From Octopus sinensis (lineage: Eukaryota), in the NCBI RefSeq assembly GCF_006345805.1, contig NW_021834227.1, positions 1-64,000 on the forward strand: a stretch of 64,000 bases of DNA, written 5' to 3'. The notes beneath the pieces were generated by a model. The model was not told where the DNA came from and did no database searches. It saw nothing but the letters and a program-made list of their open reading frames with translations. This document shows, piece after piece, positions 40,444 through 53,630 of this stretch (its first letter is position 1; each line of letters opens with the position of its first letter). Both the position numbers and the translations under genes were made by a program.

Positions 40444-40456
40444 TTTTATATATATA

Positions 40457-41484
40457 CTAGCAGTATCGCCCGGCGTTGCTCGGGTTGTAAGGGAAATAAC
40501 TATATAAGCATTTTTAGAGAGTTATAGCCAAAAAGTAGCAAAAAATGCATTAAAAATTGAAAAAAAATTAAGGTAAATTTTTCTTTAAATCGTTGACACA
40601 TAGTAGATATTTTTAGAGAGTTACTTCCCTTATATAAAAGCGAAAAAAATGCATTAAAATGGAAAAATATGATGGTAATTTTTTTTAAATCGTAGACTCA
40701 TCGTAGACGCGCGCTAATACCCAGAAGGCTCGTTGTTATTCTGGGTAACTTTCTGTAAAATTATTAAAATTTTGTTCAAACATCGCTATAGAAAATGGGT
40801 TATTAGCTAATATTCAATTGGGTATACAACAAAATTTTACGATAGAATTTGTTATTCTGGGTAACTTTCTGATACCCATAAAATATTTATGGTAAAATAG
40901 GCCTTAATTTCATTTAAGATTGGGAAATAACTAACTATCCTTTCTTTCGTTTGTTTACGTTTAGCGTAACAGTTCGTTTCTGCCGTAATGATTTCAAATG
41001 GGCTCATTCGAAAAAGTAAATAGAATAGTGTAAGCTTTACTCTTCTGGGAAAGTCTGTGGCTTAGTGCAGTTTCTTCAGAAAAATCACCGAAAGAAACAG
41101 TTTTTAAATTTTCACTCCATTCAGGTGCTAATTCGTGTTCTTAATCGCTGTCGGATTCACTGTTTTCACTTAATAGCTGCCAACTTGCAAAGACAAAGGA
41201 GGAGAAGGGTGATAGCGTCAGTGAAACAATTCGCTCCCTTTGTGTGTGTGTGCGTTTGCGTGTGCTGTAAACCAGACTAAGAAAAGCATTTGACACACAC
41301 ACCAGAATGTGAGTTTTCTGTAAATTTTGCTTAATTGGAGTTTAAATTTTAAAAACTGGACCTGGCATGACGCGATGCATTTACTCTTAAAATTGCTAGG
41401 TAAATTGTAATTGAAGAAATCCTATATTGTAGATTTGTATAACTCCAAAGGGAGGCAGATAAAACTGCCTTTTATAATAGAGAT
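40457..41484 (-). mobile_element. Non-autonomous Helitron, long variant of 4100-4479
   Basis: Same CTAG 3' terminus and ~100-bp subterminal region; 5' end TCTCTATTATAAAAAGGCAGTTT; different, longer interior. Confidence 0.85.
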
Positions 41485-41493
41485 ATATATATA

Positions 41494-41544
<51 letters not shown>

Positions 41545-41548
<4 letters not shown>

Positions 41549-41820
41549 ATGAGAGTATGTGTCTGTCTGTGTGTCTATGTGAATCCCTAAAACTTGAGAA
41601 CTACACAACTAATTCCATTCAAATTTTACACATGCCTTACTTAGGGTCCATGTAGTGTCATAGGCCAAAGAATTTTTTAACTTCTTGCCTAGTGAGAGCC
41701 CAGAGCAATATCATATCTCCTCCACTATTTCAGTATTACGTGTCAAAAGTGAAACAATAACATCTCTCTATTGTAACGTCAGATATTTTCACTTCAATAG
41801 TTTCATTTTAATACTGAAAC
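41545..41820 (+). mobile_element. Helitron-like 5' fragment, head-to-head with the previous element across (TA)n
   Basis: ATATAAAGATGAGAGTATGTGTCTGTCTGTG...CAAATTTTACAC start typical of such elements; no 3' end located. Confidence 0.5.
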
Positions 41821-41856
41821 TATAATCTCACACATATACGGGCATACATACATATA

Positions 41857-41890
<34 letters not shown>

Positions 41891-41913
41891 GTGTATGTAT
41901 ACAACTGCACAAA

Positions 41914-41963
<50 letters not shown>

Positions 41964-43393
41964 GATATATAGATGAAGATATATACATGTATATATATAT
42001 ATATGTATATGTATACATGTATATGTATAGATGGATATGTATAGTTGTATATGTGTAGATGTATATGTAATATGTACACATATATACATGCATACATATA
42101 TATACACCCATACACACAAACACACATACACACACATGCACTTATATGTTAATGATGTACACAAATACATATATACACAATATTGAAATACGCATAAAAT
42201 ACACATGCAGACAAATATATCTATATAGCAAATAAAGAAAAAGTTTTAAAAGCATACAATCAATGAAGGAACAAAAGAAACAGCAAGATGATACATGTTG
42301 ATTTTATCGGGTATTTCTGTTTATTTAGAAACCTACGATGAACAGGTAATTTCACAGACGCTAAACTATAAATTTCACAGGGTACAACCTTAAAGTTGAT
42401 ACTGCTCCGCTAAACGCTGAAAATTTCTGTCTCGCTATTGGCAAAAAATACACAATTTTTCGATTTTTAAACCTCTGTAACATTTCCCTCCAATTTTTTT
42501 CTCCACAACATCATACCTTCATAGCAATTAGACTGGAAAACTTTAATTATTATAAGCAATTTTCAGATTTTTTATTGTCTTTTAAAAAATGCATATTTTG
42601 CGAATGAAAAAAACCCCAACTAGATCCTAATAAAATTTTAATTGATAAATATAAACTTTTATTAAATCAAAACACGCGGGTGAAGTAAATTTCGTGGTGT
42701 GAAGAATCAGCACACGCGGGTAAAACACAACACAACGTGCGATTGTCATGGTAACAAGCTGTTAATGCCTCATTGTCTGTTGATTGGCTAAAATTACCCA
42801 AATTTCCTAACTTTAATTCCAAATAACACCAAATTCTTTTATTTACGAGATGAAGTAATTGGTTGATCGTAATCAAAATTCAGAGTTGCATCGATACACC
42901 AAAATTGAAAGCAATCCGAGCAAAATTAAAGGGGGCTCATTTTGCGAATGGAAATGATTAGATCCTGCTGGTGTACCGTCGTCTCCAGGAGTACCTCTTT
43001 CTGTATTTCATATAATATTTGCTTTATATGTTGGAAACCGGCATCACCAGTTGGTTGGTCGGTGCTACTTTACTCTGCTCTAAATCTTCGCAGATTGTTG
43101 ATCCTCGGATGTAAAAGAAGATATTTCTATCAGACATTCAACTTCTTTCGTGTATGTATGTGTATATCATATTTATATATATATATGGATGCATCTCTAC
43201 CCTTTTTATCTCTCTCTCTCTCTCTCTCTCTCTGCGTACATACACATACATATTGAAATGTTTACATAAACGTACATATTCAAACAGGGTACCTACCCAT
43301 GACCCAAACAAATGAACAAGTATAACTTCTTCCCAACCACAACTAGTACATTGTACACCATACATTTCTCACCCCTTCTCTTTCTTTAGCTCT

Positions 43394-43458
<65 letters not shown>

Positions 43459-44266
43459 CACATGAACACACGTACACTGACATGTGTCAGTTTCGGAGAG
43501 AACGCGATAAATTCAATTTATGAGACACTTGTAAACTTTACGCTAAAAGCACCCCCATTAGAAGTGGGGGAAGGTAAGTACCCATTTAAAAGCTAGGGAA
43601 ATATAGGTGCTCATTAAAAGTATGTGTGTGCGAGGGAAGGGGAAGACTAAATGTATGGAACTTGTTATTTATTAGATCCCAAGTTCTAAACTAACAAAAT
43701 ATCGTTTCTTAGGACCTTGTATTTTCTCTAACAAGCTATACGGCATTACACTCTCTACTCCTTTCGATCTCTCTATTTCTTCAGCAAAATTTGGAAACAT
43801 ACAACAGCTTGTCGAGCTAAGAGAGAAGATATCCAACTTTTCCTAGTACCAGCCTATAATATTCACCTCTGATATCTCCGAAATAATTGTGCTCAACACT
43901 CAGCACGCTATTTCACAGAATGACGAATATGTTTTCGTTGGTGGAGGATTGGGGCACCAAAAATCCAAGAAATTATTTTCAAATATAAAAAAAAAGCTAC
44001 TTTTCTCCAGTTGTTTATTACCCGTTTTTCTTATATTATCCCAACTACCATGTGCTCTCTTTAGATATTTGCATAGACTAATGCCCTCCAGGACGACGAG
44101 GCCATATAATCGTTATATGTAATAAAAGCCGATAGTGGTTGGTCGATAGGTTGGTTGAATTCTCCAGTTACTCACGCTTAACATCGTATAGAGGGAGGTG
44201 AAGAGAAAGTAACAAAAGAAATACAGACAGGGAGGGAAGGGGGGAGAGAGAAAGAGAGAGAGTTAA

Positions 44267-44660
44267 CAGGAGTGGCTGTGTGGTAAGTAGCTTGCTTACC
44301 AACCACATGGTTCCGGGTTCAGTCCCACTGCGTGGCAACTTGGGCAAGTATCTTCTACTATAGCCTCGGGCCGACCAATGCATTGTGAGTGGATTTGGTA
44401 GACGGAAACTGAAAGAAGTCCGTCGTATATATGTATATGTATTTATATGTGTGTGTTTGTATGTCTGTGTTTGTCTCCACAACATCGCTTGACAACCGAT
44501 ACTGGTGTGTTTACGTACCCGTAACTTAGCAGTTCGGTAAAATAGACCGATAGTATAAGTACTAGGCTTACAAAGAATAAGTCCTGGAGTCGATTTGCTC
44601 GACTAAAGGCGGTGCTCCAGCATGGCCGCAGTCGAATGACTGAAACAAGTAAAAGAGTAA
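44267..44660 (+). mobile_element. SINE family A, full-length reference copy
   Basis: CAGGAGTGGCTGTGTGGTAAG (A box), GGTTCAGTCCC (B box), tail GACTGAAACAAGTAAAAGAG. Confidence 0.92.
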
Positions 44661-44845
44661 GTGTAAAAGAATTAAAAAGTGCAGGATCAGTGCAAGGCAT
44701 TCAATGAGTAAACAAACTCTTCACAAAATGAGAGAGAAAGAATCATAGACAGAGGAGGAGAAGAGAGATAATACATATGCGCGCGCGCGGTAATGTGTGA
44801 AAGAGCGGGGGAGAGTATATGTGTGTGTGTGTATGTGTGTGCGAA

Positions 44846-45047
44846 CTTGTATATAAAATCAACAAGAGTAATTTTGTTTTGAATTTGTTTTTACCTTTTG
44901 AATATTGTTTTATCTAGTTTTATTTTAAGGTAATAAATATTTTTCTTGTATATAAAATCAACAACAGTAATTTTGTTTTGAATTTGTTTTTACCTTTTGG
45001 ATATTGTTTTATCTAGTTTTATTTTAAGGTAATAAATATTTTTCTTT
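44846..45047. repeat. 99-bp tandem duplication
   Basis: CTTGTATATAAAATCAACA... at 44846 and 44945, near-identical. Confidence 0.9.
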
Positions 45048-46242
45048 TGAAAGATTAGTATTCGGTACATATGCACCAAAAAATTTGATAAACACTAAAT
45101 TATAATTATTTTATGTATGCTAATTTTTTCAATTTACTCATGGTAGTAAATGTCTTCTTGCAAAATCCCCCGTTATATGAAGGGTAACACTATGTAGTAC
45201 ATTGCACTTTGGTGCGTCATCATTTATGTTTCTGCTCATTGATATCACGATATTCCACTCATATTTTAATCCCAACAAAGAATATTTTTAGTATGTTTGT
45301 ATCTGGTTTAAACATTTTATTTCTAAGAAAAATCACGACTCCCTCTGAACACTCAACATCAGCAGCGTAGCTAGAGGACATCTGCCTGAGGCGATACTTT
45401 TATGAAGCGGCACTTCTGGGTCTGCTGTATAAACCATCTTGTGGGTGGGTGGAGGGAGTGGCGGAGTGATAAACTCAAAGGTTGACTCGAGCGCTCAAAC
45501 TTCGTGATTTCCCAATGCTTCCTTGACATTATCTGCCGCTTTGTAAATTCACAACACCATGAAGCGGGTGCTACTGTTCAGGTTAAGAACTTCTGTTCTG
45601 AGATGATGGAAGTTTTAGCTGATCACACTTCTCAGTGACTATCAATTTAGTTTCTTTAAAACCAGATGTTCACGAAGCTTCGCTTATACGACGCACCAAC
45701 AATCTCTTTGAATATCTTATCGAAAGCAAAAGTTTGCATTTGATATCAATGAAATCTTCATTTGTGCCTGGTAAGAGAACCTCTCGACAAAGCTGCCTAT
45801 TACTAAACTCTCCCCAACGTACATGACTTTGTATGATACACCCCACACTACTCGATCCCAATTGCCTGGGTATGAATGTTTTTCTCAGATTGTCTGTTGT
45901 TCATTGGCAGCAAGTGTTAAATTGGTTTGTTTTCCCGAAGCCTCTCTCTATCAACTCGAGTGCATCCACTCCCGACATGCTTTATTATTCCATTCTCTTT
46001 CTTTACGTCTATTTGAATGTCGCTATCACCTACAGTTGCCATACTCTGATGTTGATGGTACAGAACAGCATTGAATTAAAACAGCCATCTGTGTACCACA
46101 CTTAACATATACATCGATATAGTATTAAAAAAATATGACGATGTGGCTTTTGTATAAGAGAAAAATCCCTTCATAGACTTGTATTAAAAACACTATGTAT
46201 CAGATCGAGGTAAACATCATCTTGGCGGTGATTCATGAGAAT

Positions 46243-46605
46243 GTCAGATGTGTTTCGGCCAACTTGGGACTTGTCAATAACGTGTACTCTCTGGTCACAT
46301 GCTAAAACGAAATCTGTTCCTTCTAATATATAATGAACAGTGACTAATACATACACTGATGTTGTGGAAAGCTTGTCGGGTTGTAATAAACCTGTTGTAC
46401 GCAATTGAAACAACGTTAAATTAAAATAGCCATCTGTATACCACTAAAAAGCATGATGCTATGTTTTTTACTTGAGAGAAAATCTCTTCATAGGCATGAT
46501 ATGTTAGCCGCACAATGTATATCGGGAGGGGGGGGGGTCATTTAGGCACTTAACCAGCGGACGTACATTATTGACAAGACACTAGAAGGCCGAAACGCGC
46601 ATGAC
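46243..46605. ncRNA. Two inverted decayed type I hammerhead motifs with UUGACAA (U3-A8) core: 46243-46281 minus, 46567-46605 plus
   Basis: GUUA UUGACAA GUCC caaguu GGCC GAAAC AC AUC UGAC and AUUA UUGACAA GAC acuagaa GGCC GAAAC GC GCA UGAC; each follows a copy of a direct repeat (46070-46215 and 46415-46525). Confidence 0.5.
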
Positions 46606-47029
46606 GATTTTCGCCTCGCTTCAATATATATTGTTTTTAACATTTCTATGAAGTGATTTTCTCTCGAGCAAAAATCACATCATGTGTTGTGTATATACGT
46701 TAAGTATGGTACACAGATGTTTTTTCTCTTAGTTTTCCTTGTTTTTTATTGCGTATTTAACTGTAGGTAGCCTCAACTCCCACAGGTGTGCATATTATCC
46801 GTAAATGGAGACATCAAGTTATAAATTTTAGCTAAGTTTATAAACAGATAAATAGGTAAACAAATGAAATTCAATTTATGTTTCCGTCCGGAGTGTGTCA
46901 TCAACGATCTGGTAGTAGTGTCAATCGCAATATTTTTGATTGATACAAGACTACAGATTTTTAGAGGAGTGATAGAGGTATAATTAATATATTGATTCCA
47001 ATGTAGTCTAAATATTGACTTTATAATCC

Positions 47030-49455
47030 AGAAAGGATAAAAAGCAAAACCAACTCTAACGAAGATTTGATCTCAGAACGTAGGTAGGCGAAAGTAAATT
47101 CTGAATTCGTACTACTGTTTTAAAATTTGGCACAAGACCTGCAATTTTAGGTGGGAGGGCCTTAGTCCATTCCATCGATTCTGACTGGTATTTTAGCGAC
47201 TTTGGAAGAATTATAGACAAAACTGATTCCGGCAGAATTTGAACTTAGAGTATAAAGAGCCAAAAGAAAACCTTTCTACTATAAGCACAAGGCCTGAAAT
47301 TTTTGGGGAGGAACTAGTTAATTATATTGACGCCAGTGCTCAAATGGTACTCATTTCATCGACTTCGAAAGGATGGAAGGCAAAGTCGAGCTCGGCAGAA
47401 TTTGAACTCAGAACTTAAAGACGGACGAAATGTTTTAAAGTATTTTGTACCACGTGCTAACAATTGTGCCAGAGTTTTGTCCGATGCACTTAATGATTCT
47501 ATAGTTCGCTGCCTTAATAATCCTTTCTATTAAAGGCACAAGGCCTGGAAATTGGGGGAGGGGGACTAGTAAATTACATCGACCCCAGTGCTCAACTGGT
47601 GCTTATTTTATCGATCCTGAAAGGATGAAATGCAAAGTCGACCTCGGCGACATTTGAACTCAGAACGTAAAGACGAACAAAATGCCGCTTGACATTTTGC
47701 CCGGCGTGCTAACGATTCATTTCTCCTCTAGGCACAAGGTCCGAAATTTTTGGGAGGGGGCCAGTCGACGCCAGTAAGCAGCTGGTACTTAATTTATCGA
47801 CCCCGAAAGGATGAAAGGCAAAGTTGACCTCGGCGGAATTTGAACTCAGAACGTAAAGACAGACGAAATACCTATTTCTTTACTACCCACAAGGGGCTAA
47901 ACACAGAGAGGACAAACAAGGACAGACAAACGGATTAAGTCAATTGTATCGACCTCAGTGCGTAACTGGTACTTATTTAATCGACCTCGAAAGGATGAAA
48001 GGCAAAGTCGACCTCGGCGGAATTTGAATTCAGAACGTAACGGCAGACGAAATATCGCTAAGCATTTCGCCCGGCGTGCTAACGATTCTGCCAGCTCGCT
48101 GCCTTTCGCTACCTTAGTAATGATAATTATTTCTACTAGTAAGTAGAAGGCTTAAAATTTTAGGGGAGGGGGTCTAGTCGATTATATCAACCCTGTACTC
48201 AACTGGTACATAGTTTGTCGACCCAGGTCGGATGAAAGGCAAAGCCATCCCTGGTGAAATTTTGAATTCAAGTACAAAGGAATTAAAACGAAAATAACGT
48301 CGCTCTGTCCCTGGGCCACTTCTTTGTTCTTTAATAAAATGGTGTGGCAGAAAGTTTAGGATTCCAGACATGAGCATCTGGAGTTTGTAGGTCAATCCGT
48401 GGTGAGAACTGAGGAAAGGCAAAGTGAGCATGTGTGAATAGCGTATTATAGAGAAAGGATCAGATGGATGATGGAAGTGGGAAAGGGGACACGCGTCAGC
48501 TGTCAGTGTCATGTTAACGGGACTCGAGAAATGAACCTTATAAAATATATTGGTTTAAAGTTGTTTTCTTATTACAGACTGACATTCTAAATTTATAACA
48601 CCTTTCGAATAATAAAATTAATAGTAGTATTGGTCTCAAACTTTTGCACAAGGCCAGCAGTTTTTGAAGGGAGGTAAAGTCTATTACAGCGACCCCAGTA
48701 TTTGACTGATACTTATTTTATCGACCCCGAAAGAATGAAAAGCAAAATCGACCTCAGAACGTAAAGCCAAGAAAAATGCCGCGAAACATTTTGTCCGGCG
48801 AATAATAATAACAATAATGATTTCAAGTTTTGGCACAAGGCCAGCAATTTTGGAGGAAGGGATAAATCGATTAAGTCGACCCCAGTGTTCAACAGGTAAC
48901 TTATTTTATCGACCCAGAAAGGATGAAAGGCCAAGTCGACCTCGACGACATTTGAACTTAGAATGTAAAGCCAGAAGAAACGCCGCTAAGCATTTTGTTC
49001 GGCGCGCTAACGATTCTACCTATTCGCCGCCTTATAATAGTTTCAAATTTGGCACAAGACCATTAGTTTTAGTGGGATGGGGACAGTCGATAATATCGAC
49101 CACGTTACTTGACTGGTACTTTATTTTATGGACCCTGAAAGTATGAAAAATATCGGCAACTTAGACGAAATTTGAACACAGAATATGAGGAACAAGAAAA
49201 AAATGTTAAGCAGTTTGTCCGATGCAGTAACGATTCTGCCAGCTCTCCGCCTTAATCCTTTCTACAATAGGCCAAAGCTAGAGATTTTGTAGCGGAGTCG
49301 GGGTAAGTCGATTACATTGATCTCAGCGCTCTACTGGTTTATATTTCATCGACCCTGAAACCATGAAAGGCATTTGAACTCAAAACATAAAGACAGACGA
49401 AAGACCCCTTAACATTTTGCCCGGCGTGCTAATGATTATGTCAGCTCGCTGCTTT
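47030..49455 (-). mobile_element. Array of about 11 head-to-tail SINE B copies, with a LINE scrap at 48300-48480
   Basis: Recurring (GA)ATTTGAACTCAGAACG motif near 47065, 47240, 47400, 47650, 47840, 48020, 48260, 48750, 48950, 49170 and 49370. Confidence 0.9.
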
Positions 49456-49847
49456 AACTAATAACAATAATAATTAAGCAATTAATTATGTAGCTGAAAT
49501 AATTTTAATGATTAAAACAGTTAAGAGTATTCTTTACCGTAATTAAATGTATATTCTTAATTAAAGTATATTTTTGATAATTAAGGTAAACACTATATTT
49601 GATAAAAGGCTTTGATGTTTTTTTAGCCCCCCATGTGGGCAACTTTGATCAAACAACTTGTGATCAAAGGTCTTCTATCCGTCACCGTCTCGTCTTCTTT
49701 AAAGTATATTTAGCACTATCTAGCGTACCCTTCCTTTTCTAAGTCGATATGTGAATTGAAGAAGATTTAACTGCTATTTCACGCTTGTCTGAGAAATATT
49801 TTTTATAATCTTTATTAAAGTATTTCACTATTATTATAAGGGCACTC

Positions 49848-50167
49848 GGATCTTTTCCTTTTGATGGACGGAATTTTCTAGTTAACTAAACAATTTGAAA
49901 CTTCGTATACTGGTAGAATGTGTCAAAAGAAAACATTATTGTAAACAAAATTGAAAACAAAATTGTAATTTGTAAGTTTAACGTAGTTTAATTATTCGAA
50001 TTTTAACCAATGAAATCCCAGCATCTTCGAATTTTAACCAATGAAATCCGCGCATTTGAGCTCAAATCATTTGCTGCGTTATCGATATTGATAAAGAAAC
50101 ATAGCAGACGCATGCCGCATACACACACACACACATATATATTCAGATACATACACACGTACACTTG

Positions 50168-50198
<31 letters not shown>

Positions 50199-50954
50199 TC
50201 TCTCTCTCTCTCTCTCTCTCTCTCAAACACATGCATATACATTTGCACAAGCACATAGTAATTAATATATAAGCGTACACACACATACAAACGGAGATAT
50301 ACATACACACACATACGCACACAAGCATACATACACGCTCGTGAGTTGCCCCTTGCCGCAACAAATTTACACAAAAGGTAAATAAACCAGAAGGAAGTGG
50401 GGGGGGGGGCAATGTTTCATCGTTTCGGGGTCGATAAATTAAGTACTAATTATGCACTGGTGTCGAGGATTTTTTCCCCAATTTATATCACAGCTTCCGA
50501 CAAACTGGGGCATCCTTTTATGAAAAAATATTTCGCAAATTTTTACAATACGACTCACACTCCACGCGCAAACTCTAGACTGCTTTAGGCATATTATTGT
50601 TTTGTTTTTGCTGTTTCTGGCCCTTCAAAACCATGGGAGAAGCCTTTTCGGTAAAAAAAAATAAAGAAAATATTCAAAAAATATCGTTAATATTTTTATT
50701 GGGCGACGAAATTCATCGATTTAAGAGATATAGCTGTGTGTGTGAGTTTTTAGACGCAGCAAATGATTTGAGCTCAAATGCTGCGATTTCATTGGTTAAA
50801 ATTCGAATAATTAAACTACGTTAAACTTACAAATTACAATTTTGTTTTCAATTTTGTTTACAATAATGTTTTCTTTTAACACATTCTACCAGTATACGAA
50901 GTTTCAAATTGTTTAGTTAACTAGAAAATTCCGTCCATCAAAAGGAAAAGATCC
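49848..50954. mobile_element. Non-autonomous DNA transposon, ~200-bp TIRs, 8-bp TSD GGGCACTC (Merlin- or MULE-like)
   Basis: Ends GGATCTTTTCC...GGAAAAGATCC; GGGCACTC at 49840-49847 and 50955-50962. Confidence 0.93.
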
Positions 50955-52356
50955 GGGCACTCATTATTGAGGTGGGGTGGGCACAGTCAATTAAAAATTA
51001 TACCTCTGTATATTACTGGTACTTATTTCTCGACTCTGGAAAGAAGAAAAGCGAAGTCCATCCTGACAGGATTCGAATTCAGATTACAAAGGGCCGGAAC
51101 TAAGTACCGCAAAGCATTTATTTACTCCGTCGCCTTCTCGTTTCTATCAGGTCACTGCTCTCTAGGTTTTAATCTCCAAGTTTTAGTATTAATAAAATAC
51201 AGAAAACGGGTATGGTATTCTATGCTTTATCAAACATACATGCGTTTCCTTAAATTACCATCAGAATTACACAATTGGTGCTGAAACATTATATAACTTT
51301 GTAAAACACTTCTTTAGTGGTCAGCAAAAGGCATTTCTTCTAGCTGGGTCAATTATAGAGAGAGGACCGAAAAATTAGTCTAAAATAAACAAATATTAAC
51401 GTTAATGGTGTTGCTCCAGCATGGCGACAGTCTCTGGCTGAAACTAACGAAACTATAAAAGAATATGTTTCCATTTTTCAATTTAAAGAGTACATGTGGT
51501 TTCCAAAACAAGGATACTTGTTTGTCTGTGCATGTGCTTGTGCGAACGTGAGAAGACGGTCACATAATCACCTTAGTACTAGCAGTTCTTGTTTAGCTCT
51601 GCCTACCAACTGAGGCTGGTGATTAACAGTGGATTAAATTATATTCTTCTGAACATCTGGCGTTCTAAAGTGTAACATACACCGCACAAACATACCAGCA
51701 TATGTTATTGAAACACGTGTAACACTTACGTAATTTATGATACTATAATAAAAAGTTTAACTGAATCTCTGGTTTTATTCTGCTCTTGGATATAAAACTC
51801 TATGAAGTATTCAAATGTATATAATGCCAAAGAAAAATTTCTTGGGTCTCTTAAGGAATGATTAAACGAATGTTTATTTTCAAAAGAAATATATGTATTA
51901 CCTTAAAGCCAAATTAAATAAAACAATTTTCAAAAAGTAAAAAAAAAAAAAAATTTGAATGGGAATTTGGTAGTGTCACCTCTAGCCGAACAATTATTCT
52001 CTGCTGATAAAGGGAAATAACCCGGAAATCGCGATACACAGATATTGTTTTGGGCTGAGTGGAGGTGCTAGATTCCTTTGTTCGAAAATATGACACACAT
52101 CGTGTCGTATAGCCAGCTGGAGACGATGTCTCATGGGGCAACATTCGTTCTAAACATTCGTTCTCATGGGGCAACATTCGTTCTAAACCAGAACTGCCAT
52201 GTTATGTTGGCAAACAATCTTTACTCCAAAGTACAGTTGCTGAATATCACCCGTTGTGAGATTTACAAATAGTAATTTTCTAAAACATTAATCGTTTTTA
52301 CATTATGAAGTTCTACGCAAACATTTTCAGCCATCCTCTTTCTCATATATACATAT

Positions 52357-53630
52357 CAAAGGTGGTAAAAGTTAACTTCGCTAACCGTTAATCCGTTATC
52401 GAAAAGGAAATCTTCGATAATTGTTAATTTGGTTATTGTTTTAAAATGTAACAAGTTATCGATAAACCGTTAACATTAATTTTTTTATTATAGAAAAAAA
52501 CAAAACAAAAATCAGTTTTTGCTCTAAAACCACCTAAAACACCTTTAAAAAGTGCCAAAACTAGAAAATCAACCTTTTTTTGTCTTTCAAATGGGCTTAG
52601 AACCTCAAGTCATAGTTTTTTTGTTTTTTTTTGCTTTAGAGTTGAAAAATGCTAATTTTATAGTTTCAATTGTTAAAAGACCTAAAAAGAGCTGATTTTT
52701 ATAGTTTTGGCCCGCTTTATGTTTCTAAAGGCTAAAAAAAACCCAAATGAAACACAATGTTAGTATTAAACTAAAAAAGTTTATTCATAGAGTGGTTGTA
52801 AAAAAATAAAAGTCGACAAAATGAAGAACACGATATATACATAATTTAATTTTTCCGTTTCTTCTTCTTGTCCATTTTTGTTCATGAGATGCACATTGCC
52901 CTTCAAGAAAATTAGCATGTCAAAGTTTTCATCAGACAGGGATGATCTCTTGGCCCTCAAGATACCCTTGCTCATAGAGAGCAAACGCTCCACTGCAGCA
53001 CTGGGGGGGATGGTTGTGTTGAACTTGATGAACAAGTCCACCAACACTTGTTCATCTAAGAAGGCAGCATCTGTCAGCAAATCCTTGGAGTCAGTCTCCA
53101 ATCAGGCCTTGACTAAATTTTGGGCCTTGTCCTTGAGTGACCTGTGGATCCTACTGCTCTCTTTTGGCTGGGTGACACCACCGAAGAAGTCCTCCTCCTC
53201 TTCGTTGTTGCTACCTCCACTGAAGCTTCTCACTTCGTCAAACTGCTACCTCATGGCCTCCTCGACCTTACACTCTTTATACTTTTCTTCACCTTGGCAA
53301 CCTTGGTGTTGTGATACTTATCCAACCAGATGAGGCGAAACCTTGGGGTGCAAGGCAGCAGCCAGCTGGTATTCCCCATCCTCCAAGAGGGTCCTAAACA
53401 GTTTGTCAATGCTTTCCAAAAGTGCGTCGACCAAGGCGCTGCAGTAGACGAAGCCCTTGGTCTTCAAGTTCTTCTTAAAGGTCGTCGCAGCAACTTGAGT
53501 TAACGGAAGTTAAATGTAACAGAAGTTAATTAGTCCGATAATGATTTCCAAAGTTAAATTAAAAGTTAAATCGTTAACGAAAATATTAACTTCGTTAATT
53601 AATGGATTAACGGTTTGGTGTTCAGGCTTG
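52357..53630 (-). mobile_element. Internally deleted hAT transposon
   Basis: ORF 52781-53101 PPSAAVERLLS...KRSSLSDENFDMLIFLKGN is a hAT C-terminal dimerisation motif; subterminal TAAC repeats; flanks ATACATAT and ATATATAT (7/8 TSD). Confidence 0.85.

Noticed and set aside
45640-46060. Minus-strand KVMYVGES as a Penelope GIY-YIG remnant
   Set aside because: Only one partial motif amid many stops; insufficient despite the neighbouring hammerheads.
47030-49455. CRISPR-like repeat array
   Set aside because: Units are ~200-bp diverged tRNA-SINE copies without unique spacers, in a eukaryotic context with no cas genes.
52128-52186. 27-bp tandem duplication TCTCATGGGGCAACATTCGTTCTAAAC
   Set aside because: Only two units; an ordinary local duplication with no further structure.
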